64,000 nucleotides of DNA from Eledone cirrhosa (lineage: Eukaryota). The position numbers and the translations under genes are program-made. Below the pieces are notes generated by a model, which was not told the origin of the DNA, searched no databases, and was given only the letters and a program-made list of their open reading frames with translations. Numbering within the stretch: position 1 is the stretch's first letter; each line of letters starts with the position of its first letter. The stretch is from NCBI GenBank assembly GCA_964016885.1, contig OZ024748.1, positions 43,834,001 through 43,898,000 of the forward strand, written 5' to 3'. This document shows, in pieces, positions 1-13,134 of the stretch.

Positions 1-197
1 CAACCTTTCAATCGCAAGCCCAATGCTCTAACCACTAAGCCATGCACCTTCACCAGCAATACATATATACATATATACAGTGGAACCTTGGTTTCGGATG
101 CCTCTCGTTATGAACAAATTGGTTCACGATCAGTTATTTTAAATATAAAGCATCTTGGGTGACAAACGTATCTCAAGTAATGACCAGGCAAGCTGGC

Positions 198-233
<36 letters not shown>

Positions 234-237
<4 letters not shown>

Positions 238-529
238 CTAAAACAGAGAATGTCTGTTTGTCTGCCTGTACAATAACTAAAACTCGAGAACCACCCAACC
301 GATTGTCTTCAAACTTTACACATGTAATACTTATGGTCCTATTGAGTGTTCTGAGCAAACAAAATTTCAAATTTTCAATGCCCTAGGGACCGCATTAGGC
401 TATTTAGCGATCTCTTTCTCTCTCTCTTAGTCTTTCTCTTTTTAGATAGATACATAGATACGACGTCGCGCCCTTATAATATCTGTCTGTATGCCTGGCT
501 GTCTGCATTACGTCATTATGACACAATCA

Positions 530-560
<31 letters not shown>

Positions 561-930
561 GTGTGTGTGTGTATATATATATTCTTATGCCAGGAACATC
601 TTCACGAACCAAAGTATTGTCTTCCTGTTTTCCTTCGGTTGCAACGTTTTTCGAAATATTTACATCTGCGTTCACAGATTGATTTTTTTATCTTAGTTTC
701 AGAAGATCCCGTTAAGGGTGAAAGCAGCAATTCTTTGCTTAAACTTTAATCTGTTATTTTAATATATATATATATATATATATAATTATATATCCGTGTA
801 CAGATATTTTTGCATACACAATAACAAAATATAAACAAACATATTTCACGAGGCTCGATAAGCATAAATATATATCAAATATATAAGAACCCTAGAGAAA
901 ATCCCGAGCAACGCCAGGCCATTCTGCTAG
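234..930 (+). mobile_element. Non-autonomous Helitron-like element
   Basis: GTCTGT-type microsatellite near the 5' end; GC-rich subterminal CCCGAGCAACGCCAGGC and CTAG|T 3' end at 927-931. Confidence 0.6.
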
Positions 931-942
931 TATATACTAAAT

Positions 943-1768
943 TCAGAAATGAATTCAAAAATGGCTAAGAACTATTACGTGGCTAGCGGTTAAGGCAGAA
1001 CATTTTTGAATTCATTTCTGGCGGGGATCACAATAGAAATTTTAGTCCAGACTCGAGGTGTCTCTTGATAAGTTCCAAGCCTCGTGGATAGATCCAGGAT
1101 TGGATATATCCGCAGAAAAGGAACGAAACTGCTGGCATCGAGACTAGAGGAATTTTTTCTTCTTACTTCTATTTTATACCTAACTCCGTGTAGTTGATTA
1201 TTTGTCTAGTCAATTTCTACAGGCTAAAAGAAATGACTAGATAAATTTTATTTGGCTGTCCCTCGCAGAAGATAGTCTGTATCATTTGTCTATTATTTCT
1301 TCATAGTTACATTTTAAACTGATAGCCTCGTTTAAATGATTATGTGGTTGATTTCTACGGACTAGGGAGGGGAAATACTGTATATATTTTATCTAACAAT
1401 TCTTCAAACTTGCAATTTCATATATAGCTCTGATTAATAATTATTTGCTTAATTCTTTATTGAGCCACACTGAAAGGTAGCCACACTCATATATGTATCT
1501 GTGACTATGTCTAATTATATACATATATCCCTTTGAATTTAATATATACTCCCGTAAGGTAGAGTAAAACTTTAGGCAGTATCTGGCTGTGCTTTCTAGC
1601 AATCAGCCTACTCACCGCCTGGCAACCAATCACAATTTTCTGCCTTGACCGCTAGCCACGTGGTAGTTCTTAGCCATTTTTGAATTCATTTCTGGCGAGG
1701 ATCACGGGTAGAAATTTTAGTCCAGACTCGAGGTGTCTCTTGATAAGTTCCAAACCTCGTGGATAGAT
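943..1768. mobile_element. Unclassified element with overlapping direct (1001-1093 / 1676-1768) and inverted (943-999 / 1638-1694) terminal repeats, resembling a Penelope pseudo-LTR
   Basis: Repeats directly visible; flanked by TA-rich sequence. Confidence 0.5.
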
Positions 1769-1797
1769 TCAGATATATATATATATATATATATATA

Positions 1798-2127
1798 TAG
1801 TGGAACCTCAATTCACGAACACCTCTCGTTATGAACAAATTGGTTCATGACCAGTTTTTCTGAACATAAAACGTCTCAGTTCACAAACCATGTCTCAAGT
1901 AACAAACACACAAGCTGGCAACAATGGTTGGTGACAAGCTGGGAGTACTGGTGGGAAAGTATCACTTGCTGTGTAGTTAGTTACTGTGGTGATATCTATC
2001 TGTTTTTCACACACAATCTCTCTTTCTCTCTCAACATTTCGTATAGGAAAAAGTTTCGGTTTACAGACATTTCGAGTGATGAACAGCCTTCAGGAACAAT
2101 TTATGTTCGTGAACCAAGGTTTCACTG
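1798..2127. mobile_element. Tc1/mariner (pogo-like) MITE; left-end fragment also at 78-200
   Basis: Terminal inverted repeats AGTGGAACCT..TTCACGAACA / TGTTCGTGAACCAAGGTTTCACTG in TA context. Confidence 0.72.
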
Positions 2128-3270
2128 TAAGTGATGTAGCACCATTACATTAAAACGCAATCTTCAAATCCAGCAAACTGTAACCCTTTTGAAACCAGCT
2201 TGGGTTCCATGAAACAAACCCACTTATTTTAAAGGGCTTCTATTTAAATAAAAATCTTACATTTCATATAAGAATCATGTTAAATTACTTTCTTTATAAT
2301 GAAATAATTGACGATTTTAATAAATCCCCCAAAACACTTCATATCAAATTTAAGCTGACACAAATATAAGTCGACCCCACTATTTTATGTCTGAGAAATG
2401 GGCAAAAATCCAAACCTTAATTACATAGAATTTGAAGTTGGTGAAAATCATCAAAATCTCCACCATCAATATTAGCTGACCCCCACCCCCTACACTTTTA
2501 TTATTGATTCTTTTTGGGGTCATATATTCCTCAGTTTATATTTGAGTATATATGGTAGTTGAAAAACAAATATATTTCATTAGAAATACAATCACAAAAG
2601 GTTTAATCCAGATGATAATACCAGAATAAAAAAAAAAGATTTGGAAAATATAAATAATAAAAATTTAAAAAAATACAACGGTTTGGAAATTGCACTTTTA
2701 TTTGGAGATTTGTCAATAAATGAAGACTTCCAGATCCATTCAGAGCACAAAGAGGAGATGGAAATAATGAAAATGGGAACATGCTTGGTTTCATAGAAAG
2801 CTATGAGCAAATTGTGAAAACATTACCAAGCTAATTGGTGCTTCTCATTCTAACAAACAAAAATTACTGGTTGCATAGCAACTAGGCCAGTAATTCAAAG
2901 ACAGACAAATATTTTCTTTCCTCCAACTAACAGAAAAATAGACATAAAACTGAAATACTTTAACAAGCTAATAATACAGATTTAACCTTCACATGTTCTC
3001 ATATCTCTCAAGTATAACTGAGTAATGATAAGAAGACAGTTACTGTTTAGGAGAGATATATTAGTATAGTGACTTGATGTAGAGAGAGCACTGTGGTTGG
3101 CACTGACAGGACTCCAGCACACAGTGTTGAGTGTTCCAATTGTTCAAACAAAAGGAGAGGGGAAGACTAAGTACTGTGGGTGGGTCTGAGTCCAAGAGGA
3201 CTAATAAGGAGAGAAATTAAAAACACTAAAATGACAGAGAGAGAGAAAGAAAGAGAAAGAGCGAGAAAGA

Positions 3271-3309
<39 letters not shown>

Positions 3310-3655
3310 GAGAGAGAGAGAGAGCGGAGAGAAGAGAGAAGAGAGCGGAGAGAAGAGAGAAGAGAGCGGAGAGAGAGCGAGAAGAGAGAAGAGAGAAGAG
3401 AGAAGAGAGAAGAGAGAGAGAGAGCGAGAGAGAGGGGGAGGGGGGAAGAGAGGGAGATAGGGGGAGGGGGAGGGAGGGAGGGGGAGAGGAGGGAGAGAGG
3501 AGGGAGAGAGGAGGGAGAGAGGAGGGAGAGAGGAGGGAAAGAGGAGGGAAAGAGGGGGAGTAGTAGCAGGCCATGAGACCAAACAGAGGTGGCACCTTTG
3601 CTAACAGCTAGTGAGAAATTGGTAGAGTTACTTTAAGAAGTAAAACAAGGATTAC

Positions 3656-3889
3656 CTGCAGGACAGTCTTGAAGTTACATGGAGATGAAGAATCTTCATC
3701 TCCACCATCTTCATCTTTAACAATTCCTTCATCGTCAATTGTATGTGAGTCATCACTTTCAACATCTGTATCTGGGGTAGTCATATACTCAATAAGATAC
3801 TCCAGTTCAGAACTTAGACTACTTTCTTCAGTCTCCGTTAAACCATGGTCTAGCGCTTCGAATAATATCAAGCCAAGAATTTGAATCAC
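3656..3889 (-). CDS. SPIRE: Spire-like coding exon 3 (C-terminal part of KIND domain); gene continues left of the window
   Basis: ttttatttcag|GTG acceptor and CAG|GTAATC donor; 234 nt; VIQILGLILFEALDHGLTETEESSLSSELEYLIEYMT...DDEG resembles Spire VIESLG..IYKALDYGL.E.EERELSP.LEQLI..M...DEG. Confidence 0.88.
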
Positions 3890-4469
3890 CTGAAATAAAA
3901 TAAAAATATAACTTTAAAACTAAGTACCAGATTGGTGGCTAGGTCTTGTCCATTTACAGTTGAAGTTCATAAATGCAATCACAAATTGTATTTTTATATG
4001 AATAAACATTGTTGTCTCTGATCGAGACGAAGCAAGATTATATTTGAAATCATATAAAAATGAGAAAACTCATCGCTAGAACAGTGTTAAAACAGCTAAA
4101 GTGTCCATTTATTTTTAAGATTTTAAGATTTGAGGAAGATTTAGTTTCTATTACTAGCAGGTTAAGCAACTACATAAGCTTTCTTATTGGTTCATGTGCA
4201 TATGTAAATGTTTATACTATGCTTACATAAAATGCTGGGGAGATCGCTTTATTTTTTTTTTTTTGGGGGGGGGGGTAATATATGTTCAACAATGTAATGT
4301 CTTAAGTAAATAAAGACATTTGAACTTATACCCATATAAGGACCCCCCCCTCTCTTTCACACTACACACTCACAAACATACATACATACACAGAACACAG
4401 AGGGAAAATTACACAAACAGTGGTTATATCAGTGATAACAATTGCTTAGCTTCAACACTTTATAACTTA

Positions 4470-4735
4470 ACATCCTGTACCACATGAAGCCACATTAAGA
4501 CATTAACATCCTGTACCACATGAAGCCACATTAACAAGACATTAACATCCTGCACCACATGAAGCCACATTAACAAGACATTAACATCCTGCACCACATG
4601 AAGCCACATTAACAAGACAATATCCTGCACCACATGAAGCCACATTAACAAGACATTAACATCCTGTACCACATGAAGCCACATTAACAAGACATTAACA
4701 TCCTGCACCACATGAAGCCACATTAACAAGACATT
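4470..4735. repeat. 39-bp minisatellite, about 7 copies
   Basis: ACATTAACAAGACATTAACATCCTGCACCACATGAAGCC. Confidence 0.95.
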
Positions 4736-4740
4736 CTTAA

Positions 4741-4960
4741 CCCTTTTGTTACCAGCCTGGTCAAAAGCTGCTCTGGTCCTAAGAAATAAAACCACCCATT
4801 TTAAAGGTTTCCAATTTAAATTAAAATCTTCCAACATACTTTTATATAAGAACCTTAGATTAATTTACTATCTTACTAAATGAAATAATTCTAATAAATC
4901 TCAAAATTTTTCATTAATTAATTGAAACAGTATTTCATTAGAAATGTGGTCATGAAAGGG
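4741..4960. mobile_element. Second TTAA-flanked piggyBac-like MITE
   Basis: TTAA-CCCTTT...AAAGGG-TTAA. Confidence 0.6.
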
Positions 4961-6275
4961 TTAAGAAGTACAAAACACTATGTTTATATCAAATTAAAAG
5001 TTAAAGTCTTTACTAATACTACTGTAAATGTTGACTAATCTGTCCACTAGTAAAGTTACTAAATATCTATTAGATATAAATCAGTTGAGAGACAGCAGTA
5101 ATATATCACTATCAAACTCATGACAATATGGAATATACTTATAACAGTGAAAAAGTGTTATGAAATTATGAAAACAATGGATATGTTATGAACAAAGGTA
5201 GATATCACAATCAAGTTTCATTGGGACATGTTGAATCTTATCGAAAAGAAAAATGCGAAATTTTATTTACAATGATTGAAGCCCTTCTGGTCTTTTAACT
5301 GTTGGTAAAGTCAGTTTAATCTTAGGCGTAGTCTAGAAAACATGACTCTATTGAAGTCAGGTCGTGGGAACAAACTGATCTTAACGTTGTTAAACAATAC
5401 TTTCCAAATGTTTGCATTTGGAAAACAAGCACAAAAAGCACAAAAAAGCCATTAACAATACAAACTTCTCTGATTTAATGACAAACCAATAATCATTTCT
5501 TAAAGGTAAATTTAAAAAAGACACAAAGAAGGCTTTTAGAATCAACTGAGACAGTTCATCCCGTTACATTAGACATTCTCTCATACTATTACAAACCAAA
5601 GGAAACCTATTTATTTGTGTAGAAAAGAAAACAGTTCATTGTTTTCCGATGTAGTTTCAGAATAAGATGATTCTCATCTATTTCAAATCAATCAGTTCAC
5701 CTGAGTCAATAAACAATATTACAAGCTGTGACAACAATGGAGTTATTACAGCTCACAGTGGATTGGCAGAATTGATAGAGCGTTGGACAACATGACTTGT
5801 GGCATTTAGTTCCAACTCTTTACATTCTGAGTTCGAATCTCACCGAGGTCAACTTTGCCTTTCATCGTTCCAGGGATGATAAACTATCAGGCATATACTG
5901 GGGTTGATATAAATCAACTTGTCACTTCCCCTAAAACTGCTGGTTTTGTGCCAAAATTAGAAACAGTTATAACAGCCCACATCCATGTAGGTTTAGCTAG
6001 CCATCTTTGAGATTGCTTATCATCATCTTTGAGGGAATATTTTAATGATAGAGGGCCCCAGTCAACAATAGAGTCTCAATATGCTAGAAAAGGCAGCTAA
6101 ATATCTCACAAATCACCCCCAAGCATCTTAAGGAAGAACGCAAATACTGTAGTTCTAGATAAAACTAGAAAGATGGAATGGTTAGGGTAGAGGGACTAAT
6201 TCAATTAATTACAACACTCCTTTACAAAAGAAATCAATAATTAACAATGGCTATAAATTAAGTAAAATAACTTAC

Positions 6276-6310
6276 ATCTTTGTCCTTGACTGTGTTCCCT
6301 TTATAAAAAT
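6276..6310 (-). CDS. SPIRE: Spire-like coding exon 2, 35-nt microexon (DFYKGNTVKDKD)
   Basis: Pyrimidine tract cctcttttattttttcag acceptor and GTAAGT donor; 35 nt converts phase 1 of exon 1 to the phase 0 needed by exon 3 with no stop. Not in the ORF track. Confidence 0.75.
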
Positions 6311-6478
6311 CTGAAAAAATAAAAGAGGAAATGAGAGTTCTTCAGTTGAATCTGGTCATTCCATGAGTATCTTGGTCAGCCTATGAACTTTTCAGCCGAT
6401 ATGTATGTGCCCCTGTGTGCGTGCCCCTGTGTGCGTGCCCCTGTGTGCATGTGTGTGCGTGCCTCTGTGTGCGTGCCT

Positions 6479-6515
<37 letters not shown>

Positions 6516-7315
6516 TTGGTCAGCCTATGTACTCTTCAGCCGGCCCTAGTATCTGCTGTTCTAACAAGCGTACCAATTCCCCGACTATAGTCTTCATCAT
6601 ATATTAATATATAACTACATATCATTGTTATCTCCATCATAATGTAATAAGTATTAATATTTGATGCGTTCAGTAATTGAAAGTTACCACCAGAATATCT
6701 TTCAGGAAATGATTAATAGCAACATTTTGATGGATTTCTGGAAAAACAGAACACATGAGAAGCTACACAAGATTATTTACCAGAAGTCTTTGCAAATTTG
6801 TTGTAGGCTCCAACATTTGGTGTCGTTTTATTCATGGATATATTTTTCAATGCATAACAAGTTTGGAAGTATTAATGTTAAGACTGCATCGTATTGATTA
6901 GGAGTCACAATGATGTCGAGAGTTATGTCAAGCTTAGTGTTATATCAAAAATTATAAAACTGAGTGGAAATATTCATCTTATAATGTAAAAAAAATAATT
7001 GATATATTTAGTGAAATCATCATCATCATCATTTAACCCTTTAGCATTTAAACTGGCCGTATCCAGCCAGAATTCTCTCATCTTTTCTGTTCAAACTGGC
7101 CGTAACTGGCTGCTCATACTTATATTAAGGTATTGATCCCAAAATAAATATCAAAATCTTGTAGATTTGTTATGTGAGATGAACCCTTTACCTTGAAAAT
7201 ACAATAGTAAATATAGAGTAATATAAATGCTAAAGGGTCGAGGAGGTCTATATCTTACTTACTTAGTCATTATCGAGTGCAGAGGAGAAGTTGTGTCTTT
7301 TGACACAAACAAAGA

Positions 7316-8250
7316 TCCTCCTAACCCCTCGTTTCATAAGCTTTCTATGGTTAGATGCCCTTCCTAAACCCTCGTTTCATAAGCTTTCTATGGCTGGATG
7401 CCCTCCCTAACCCCTCATTTCATAAGCTTTCTATGGCTAGATGCCCTCCCTAACCCCTCATTTCATAAGCTTTCTATGGCTGGATGCCCTCCCTAACCCC
7501 TCATTTCATAAGCTTTCTATGGCTGGATGCCCTCCCTAACCCCTCATTTCGCAAGCTTTCTATGGCTGGATGCCCTCCCTAACCCCTCATTTCGCAAGCT
7601 TTCTATGGCTGGATGCCCTCCCTAAACCCTCATTTCGCAAGCTTTCTATGGCTGGATGCCCTCCCTAACCCCTCATTTCGCAAGCTTTCTATGGCTGGAT
7701 GCCCTCCCTAAACCCTCATTTCGCAAGCTTTCTATGGCTGGATGCCCTCCCTAACCCCTCATTTCATAAGCTTTCTATGGCTGGATGCCCTCCCTAACCC
7801 CTCATTTCATAAGCTTTCTATGGCTGGATGCCCTCCCTAACCCCTCATTTCATAAGCTTTCTATGGCTGGATGCCCTCCCTAACCCCTCATTTCATAAGC
7901 TTTCTATGGCTGGATGCCCTCCCTAACCCCTTATTTCATAAGCTTTCTATGGCTGGATGCCCTCCCTAACCCCTCATTTCATAAGCTTTCTATGGCTGGA
8001 TGCCCTCCCTAACCCCTCATTTCATATGCTTTCTATGGCTGGATGCCCTCCCTAACCCCTCATTTCATAAGCTTTCTATGGCTGGATGCCCTCCCTAACC
8101 CCTCATTTCATAAGCTTTCTATGGCTGGATGCCCTCCCTAACCCCTTATTTCATAAGCTTTCTATGGCTGGATGCCCTCCCTAACCCCTCATTTCATATG
8201 CTTTCTATGGCTGGATGCCCTCCCTAACACCAACCACTTTACAGTGTGTA
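7316..8250. repeat. 43-bp minisatellite, about 21 copies, partly derived from the RTE 3' UTR
   Basis: CATAAGCTTTCTATGGCTGGATGCCCTCCCTAACCCCTCATTT; array runs out into CCTAACACCAACCAC.TTTACAGTG as in the RTE UTR. Confidence 0.92.
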
Positions 8251-8491
8251 CTGGAGGAAATGGAGCACCAGTGGGGGAGGGAGACAGGTCAATATTCTAA
8301 TCTTCATACCAGAAGTCAACTCACTCCTCTCTCTCTCTCATCTATCTCCCTCCCCTTCACTGTTTTCACACAACATGCAAGCCTCCTCCTCCTTAATACT
8401 CTCATAAAAACAAAACAATCTCGTCCAGATTTCATTTAAAAAAACTGAAAATAGATCAACTAATAATAACATAAAACAATGACATAAATAA

Positions 8492-8528
<37 letters not shown>

Positions 8529-8899
8529 GTGTATATATATACACACACAAATATATACATACACGCACAAGTTGTGTTAAATTCTAAGAGTATTTTTCTT
8601 TTCTGCTGCGAATAATACAGAAATTGCTTAAATAGTTGGAGAATCTGCTCTGAACTTGAATATGTATCTATAGAAACCTGCTTTTACACCACTTAATGTC
8701 TACTAGTTTACATATAGTAACACTTATTATTGCGTGAGCACCCACCCATCAAGAAACACACGCACACATACATACACACATTTTATATATACATACACAC
8801 ACAACTATATATATATGTAAATCCCGGGTTAAATCGGGGATAACCACAGTAAGTAAGGTACTCAATACATAGCAGAGTAAAAGTAATTTAATATAGAAA

Positions 8900-8952
8900 T
8901 GGCTTCTACAGGACTAGAACTGTTTCATTCGGAGGAAATCATCAGAAAGCCA
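8900..8952 (-). ncRNA. Type I hammerhead ribozyme-like motif on the Spire sense strand
   Basis: Minus strand UGGCUUU-CUGAUGA-U UUC cucc GAA U-GAA-ACAG uucuaguc CUGU-A-GAAGCCA: helix I of 7 bp, helix II, helix III of 4 bp, GUA cleavage triplet. Confidence 0.7.
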
Positions 8953-9347
8953 ACTATATATATAAAGAGAGGTGACAAACAACAGTACTGCTGGTAGAGA
9001 ATGTTTTCAGAACAGTTGTCCCTTTTCCCACCTTTTGTCATACATGTGTGTGCCATGAATTCTAAGTAAAAGACTGTTTTGACAGAGCACAGAGTCCATG
9101 TGACAGATGGACAAAAAGTCTATACGGTTATTAGAATATAAATTATAAACTTTCTTTTAACAGCTTTATCTTGATAAATGCTGTCATCTTAAAGTAGTTT
9201 TTCTGTCAGGAACTTCCAATTCCAATACTAATATACCATTACATCAGAAATAAAAACAGAAAACAGTAAAAAACAAACAAACCTTCCCAAGAGCCATTGC
9301 AACTTGTCATATTCAATTCTCATTAAAACCTAAACTAATTTCATACT

Positions 9348-9535
9348 AGGGTAGGCTGAAAAGTTTATAGGCTGGCTATGAAGGAGTAATACTAGAGCTG
9401 TGAAATCTTGCATGCATTAATTACAACTCTTATTAATAACTGCATTGTTTCTCTCCAGGGAATATGGTGAAAAATAAACATTTGATCATTTAATGAAAGT
9501 GTCATCGTCAGCCTATGAACTTTTCAGCTGGCCCT
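9348..9535. mobile_element. mariner-like MITE; other copies at 43757-43949, 43417-43492 and 6350-6550
   Basis: Terminal inverted repeats AGGGTAGGCTGAAAAGTTTATAGGCTG / CAGCCTATGAACTTTTCAGCTGGCCCT. Confidence 0.75.
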
Positions 9536-9560
9536 TATTTATATATATATATATATATAT

Positions 9561-10277
9561 CATCATCATCATCATCAACGTTTAACGTCCATGTTCCACG
9601 CTTGCATGGGTTTGGACGGGGGTAGTCCCACTTGAGGCAAGAGTGATTGTCTTGCTCGCATAGGACTGTCTGGCAGGTTTTCTACAGTTGGATGCCCTTC
9701 CTAACACCAACCACATTTACAGTGTGGGTCTGGGAGGTTTTTACCGTGTTGCCTACACGGCCACATTACAGCGTGGACTGTGTGTTTTTTTGTCGTGACA
9801 CCTACACGATCTCATTTGTTTCGGCCTGGATGGCGTGGCACCAACATAACTTTACATAGAACGGGGTGGTGGCGGGACGGGGTGTATTTTGTTAGAGATG
9901 CCTACTGGCAAGGCGGGTCTTCTCTGTTACTGAGTACCGCCAAAGGTCTCGGTCCAGTGACATTGTCTTGGAGAGGTGTAAGTGTGTGAGGTCGGAGTTT
10001 ATCAGCTCGTCCCAGGTTTTTCTAGGTCTGCCTATTCCGTGGCTACCGTCTATCTTTATTGCCCTGCACTTTGTTATACAGCTGTCGTCTTTCATGCGCA
10101 TCACGTGTCCATACCAACGTAGCCTTCTCTCGAGTAAACAACATCTGATCCCTCTTATCTCTAATTTTTTCCTTAGTTCGTTTATGCTTTGCCGTTCACG
10201 TATATTACTGTTACACATCCAGCGGAGCATGCAAGCTTCGTTCCTCTCTAGTCTGCGTATATCCTCTGCACACAATG
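9561..10277 (-). mobile_element. RTE LINE 3' fragment, nearly identical to 56317-57089
   Basis: [21 protein letters not shown]...; (CAT)n tail at 9561. Confidence 0.92.
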
Positions 10278-10475
10278 ATATATATATATATAAATGGAAT
10301 AGAATGAAACGAAATTTCATTTCTCACTGCACTTACTTAAATTCTATTCCATTTATCGTTTTCGGTGTGCCCAGCCGACTGAACTCACTCGATATGCAAA
10401 TTAGGCTGCTCAGCCGTTAATATGCACAAGGAAAGTATATACTTTCAGACGTTCAACCATCTGGCAGGAAGGTAT

Positions 10476-10518
10476 ACAATGCTGACGATAGCTAATAAGC
10501 TTGAAACTAGTACATCGT
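10476..10518 (+). ncRNA. Minimal type I hammerhead-like motif
   Basis: ACAAUG-CUGACGA-U AGCU aaua AGCU U-GAA-ACUAGU-A-CAUCGU; palindromic helix III, GUA triplet, one mismatch in helix I. Confidence 0.6.
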
Positions 10519-11226
10519 TCCTGTGTCAGTGTTGAACAAAAAGGCGACGTGGTTGCCTAAACACTGTACGGCGTAATTCGGGCTGTTTGTTTGTTTACAA
10601 ACAAACAAACCGAGCATTATAATAAATGTTCGGTAAACCGATACGTGCATATATATATGTGTGCATGTATATATATATATATACTACTGTACGTCTGTAT
10701 ACATATATGTATGTATGTATACATACATACATACTTATATATATATATATATATATATGTATACATACATACATACTTATATATATATATATATATATAT
10801 AAAATGAAAAATCAATGTTATCTCTGATCAGGATGAAGCAAGAGTTATTTGAATACAACTAAAACTGAGAAAACTCCTCGCCAGAACAGCCATTAAAACA
10901 GCTAAATGCTGTCAAAGACAGCGATGGGCAAACATGGCTCAGAGGACAGAAACCAGTGGTCAACAGAGACAATCAACAAGGTGGGTGACAAGCAGATGAA
11001 ATATTGAAAAGATTAAAAGAGGAAGGGGACTAGGAGAAGTGTGTTGGCACAGAGAAGCGACTGGAGAAGGATATATATATATATATATATCCAGAAATAG
11101 CCGTCGAAACGACTTGAGCTCTGCCATTGGGGCCTTGACTCTTTTCCTATTACCCACTCTACTACCCAAAGTATCGAGTAATCTGGTGCGTTATGGTCCC
11201 TCTGGTTCCTTACCACACTTCCTTCG

Positions 11227-11260
<34 letters not shown>

Positions 11261-11525
11261 ATACGAAAACATAATTGTAGGTGAAGAAGTTATAAAGCTA
11301 AAAAATGAGATTTATTACAATAAACTGTACAAAAGGCTACATACGGTGTGGTTTTGAATGGAATGTTTTGGTTTAGGTATTTATATCTTATTTAATTCTG
11401 AAGATTCCTATAATTGAGTACCCAATATTAAGAATGAAACATATGTAAATTAAAATATATAGTTAGCAGTGTTTGGTTTTATTTTTCAAAGTATGTATGT
11501 ATGTATGTATATATATACACACGAC

Positions 11526-11559
<34 letters not shown>

Positions 11560-11765
11560 GTTGTATATTTACATAGCAATTTGACTGCCATAGGTACATT
11601 TCCTCCTGGCAACCATTAAAATAACCAAATGTGACAAAGGGGATATGAGTAAGAGGACAAAAGATATTTCAAATATGTTTATGTAAACAGTAAACATATC
11701 TTTTATGACTTTGGTTTAAGTTGATCTCATTAACCCTTTCACTACCAAACCACCTGACGTCCCCT

Positions 11766-11796
<31 letters not shown>

Positions 11797-12523
11797 TGAC
11801 TGACTCGGGTTCTATAATCCAAAACTGTTTATTTTAAAGTGTTTATATTCATACCAAACCATAGTGAAGGGCCAAAAACGAAAAAAAAAAACCTAGTGAG
11901 TAACCAGCAAACAAGAAAAGGTTAGTGGTGGTTATTTAGCCAAACATTGACCCCAAACAACCAAATCTGTGGTCAAAAAATATTCCAGCTATGCCATGTA
12001 CATCCTATTCCATCATTTGTTTTCCTTATTACATGTTCCAAAATATTCTATATTTTCTGATGTAATTTGAAATAGATTTAGTTGCTATAGACCAACCATG
12101 TAGAGGCATCCTTAATGGTTTCAAAGCTCATGATAATCTATAGTAACATGGCTGAGATAAGAAATGCACTGTGTAAATGTGTGTATGTTTGTATGTGAGC
12201 AAAAGTTAAACAGAAATAAAGCAAATGACACAGTACAGTGAAGAAATATATTAGTTTTACGTTTAGTAGGAAAAGAGTTAACATTTCAGACGTTAGTCCT
12301 TCATTAGAAAATAGACTGAGGAATTTAAAAAGACATAGAAAGACTGAGGAGACAGGCAGGGGAGGAAAGGAAAAACATTTTTTAAAGAAAAAACATGTCC
12401 ATTCATGTCGCCATCTCTAGGATGGTTTATTACAATAGTTGAAGATTGTAGCAACATGGCTGAGATAGGAACTGCAGAGTATGTATGTGTGTGTGCATGC
12501 CTATGTAAATTTTAAAGAATTAC

Positions 12524-12568
<45 letters not shown>

Positions 12569-12943
12569 AACATACAAGGTATATTATTATGGTTGGTTCA
12601 TTTCTCTCTGATCAAGGAGAAATGGAGAAACCACGAAACTGGTACCCAATAACACCAAACTCAGTGACAGCTCTAACTTTCATAATCTAGGAGACCTGTA
12701 GAATTTTATCTGACACTTCGGATTTCTACAAATCCCTCAAGAGAGAAGATAGTTAATACAAGGTTAACATCTTTGTTGTATTCAATCTCTGCTGTTATTT
12801 TACACTGCCTTAACTAGGACACAAGCTGGTCAGCTTCAGTCTTTGGAAAAGGAAATTGTTTTTATACGGTTTTTCTCAATCTTAGTTTACAAATCAGCTT
12901 TAACCATTTACTTATTAGAAATACATGCCTGTTGTTTATTTAA

Positions 12944-13134
12944 CCCTTAAGCATTTAAACCAGCCATATCCAGCAAGAATTCTCACCTCTTTCAAACTGT
13001 AACCAGCCACACACTGACGTTAAGGTGTTGTTTTCAAAATAATATCAAAATCCCATAGATTCGATATTATGTGAAGTAAAGCCTTTACCATGAACATATA
13101 ATAGTGTATATAGGATAATGTAAATGCTAAAGGG
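12944..13134. mobile_element. piggyBac-like MITE (TTAA TSD, CCCTT..GCATTTA / TAAATGCTAAAGGG termini)
   Basis: TTAA on both sides; family copies at 7037-7237, 13556-14247, 14432-15949 (split), 17367-18060 and 58509-58695. Confidence 0.82.

Noticed and set aside
1-3655. Next Spire exon
   Set aside because: No recognisable continuation (expected HY.AVCRAL-like motif) seen; probably outside the window.
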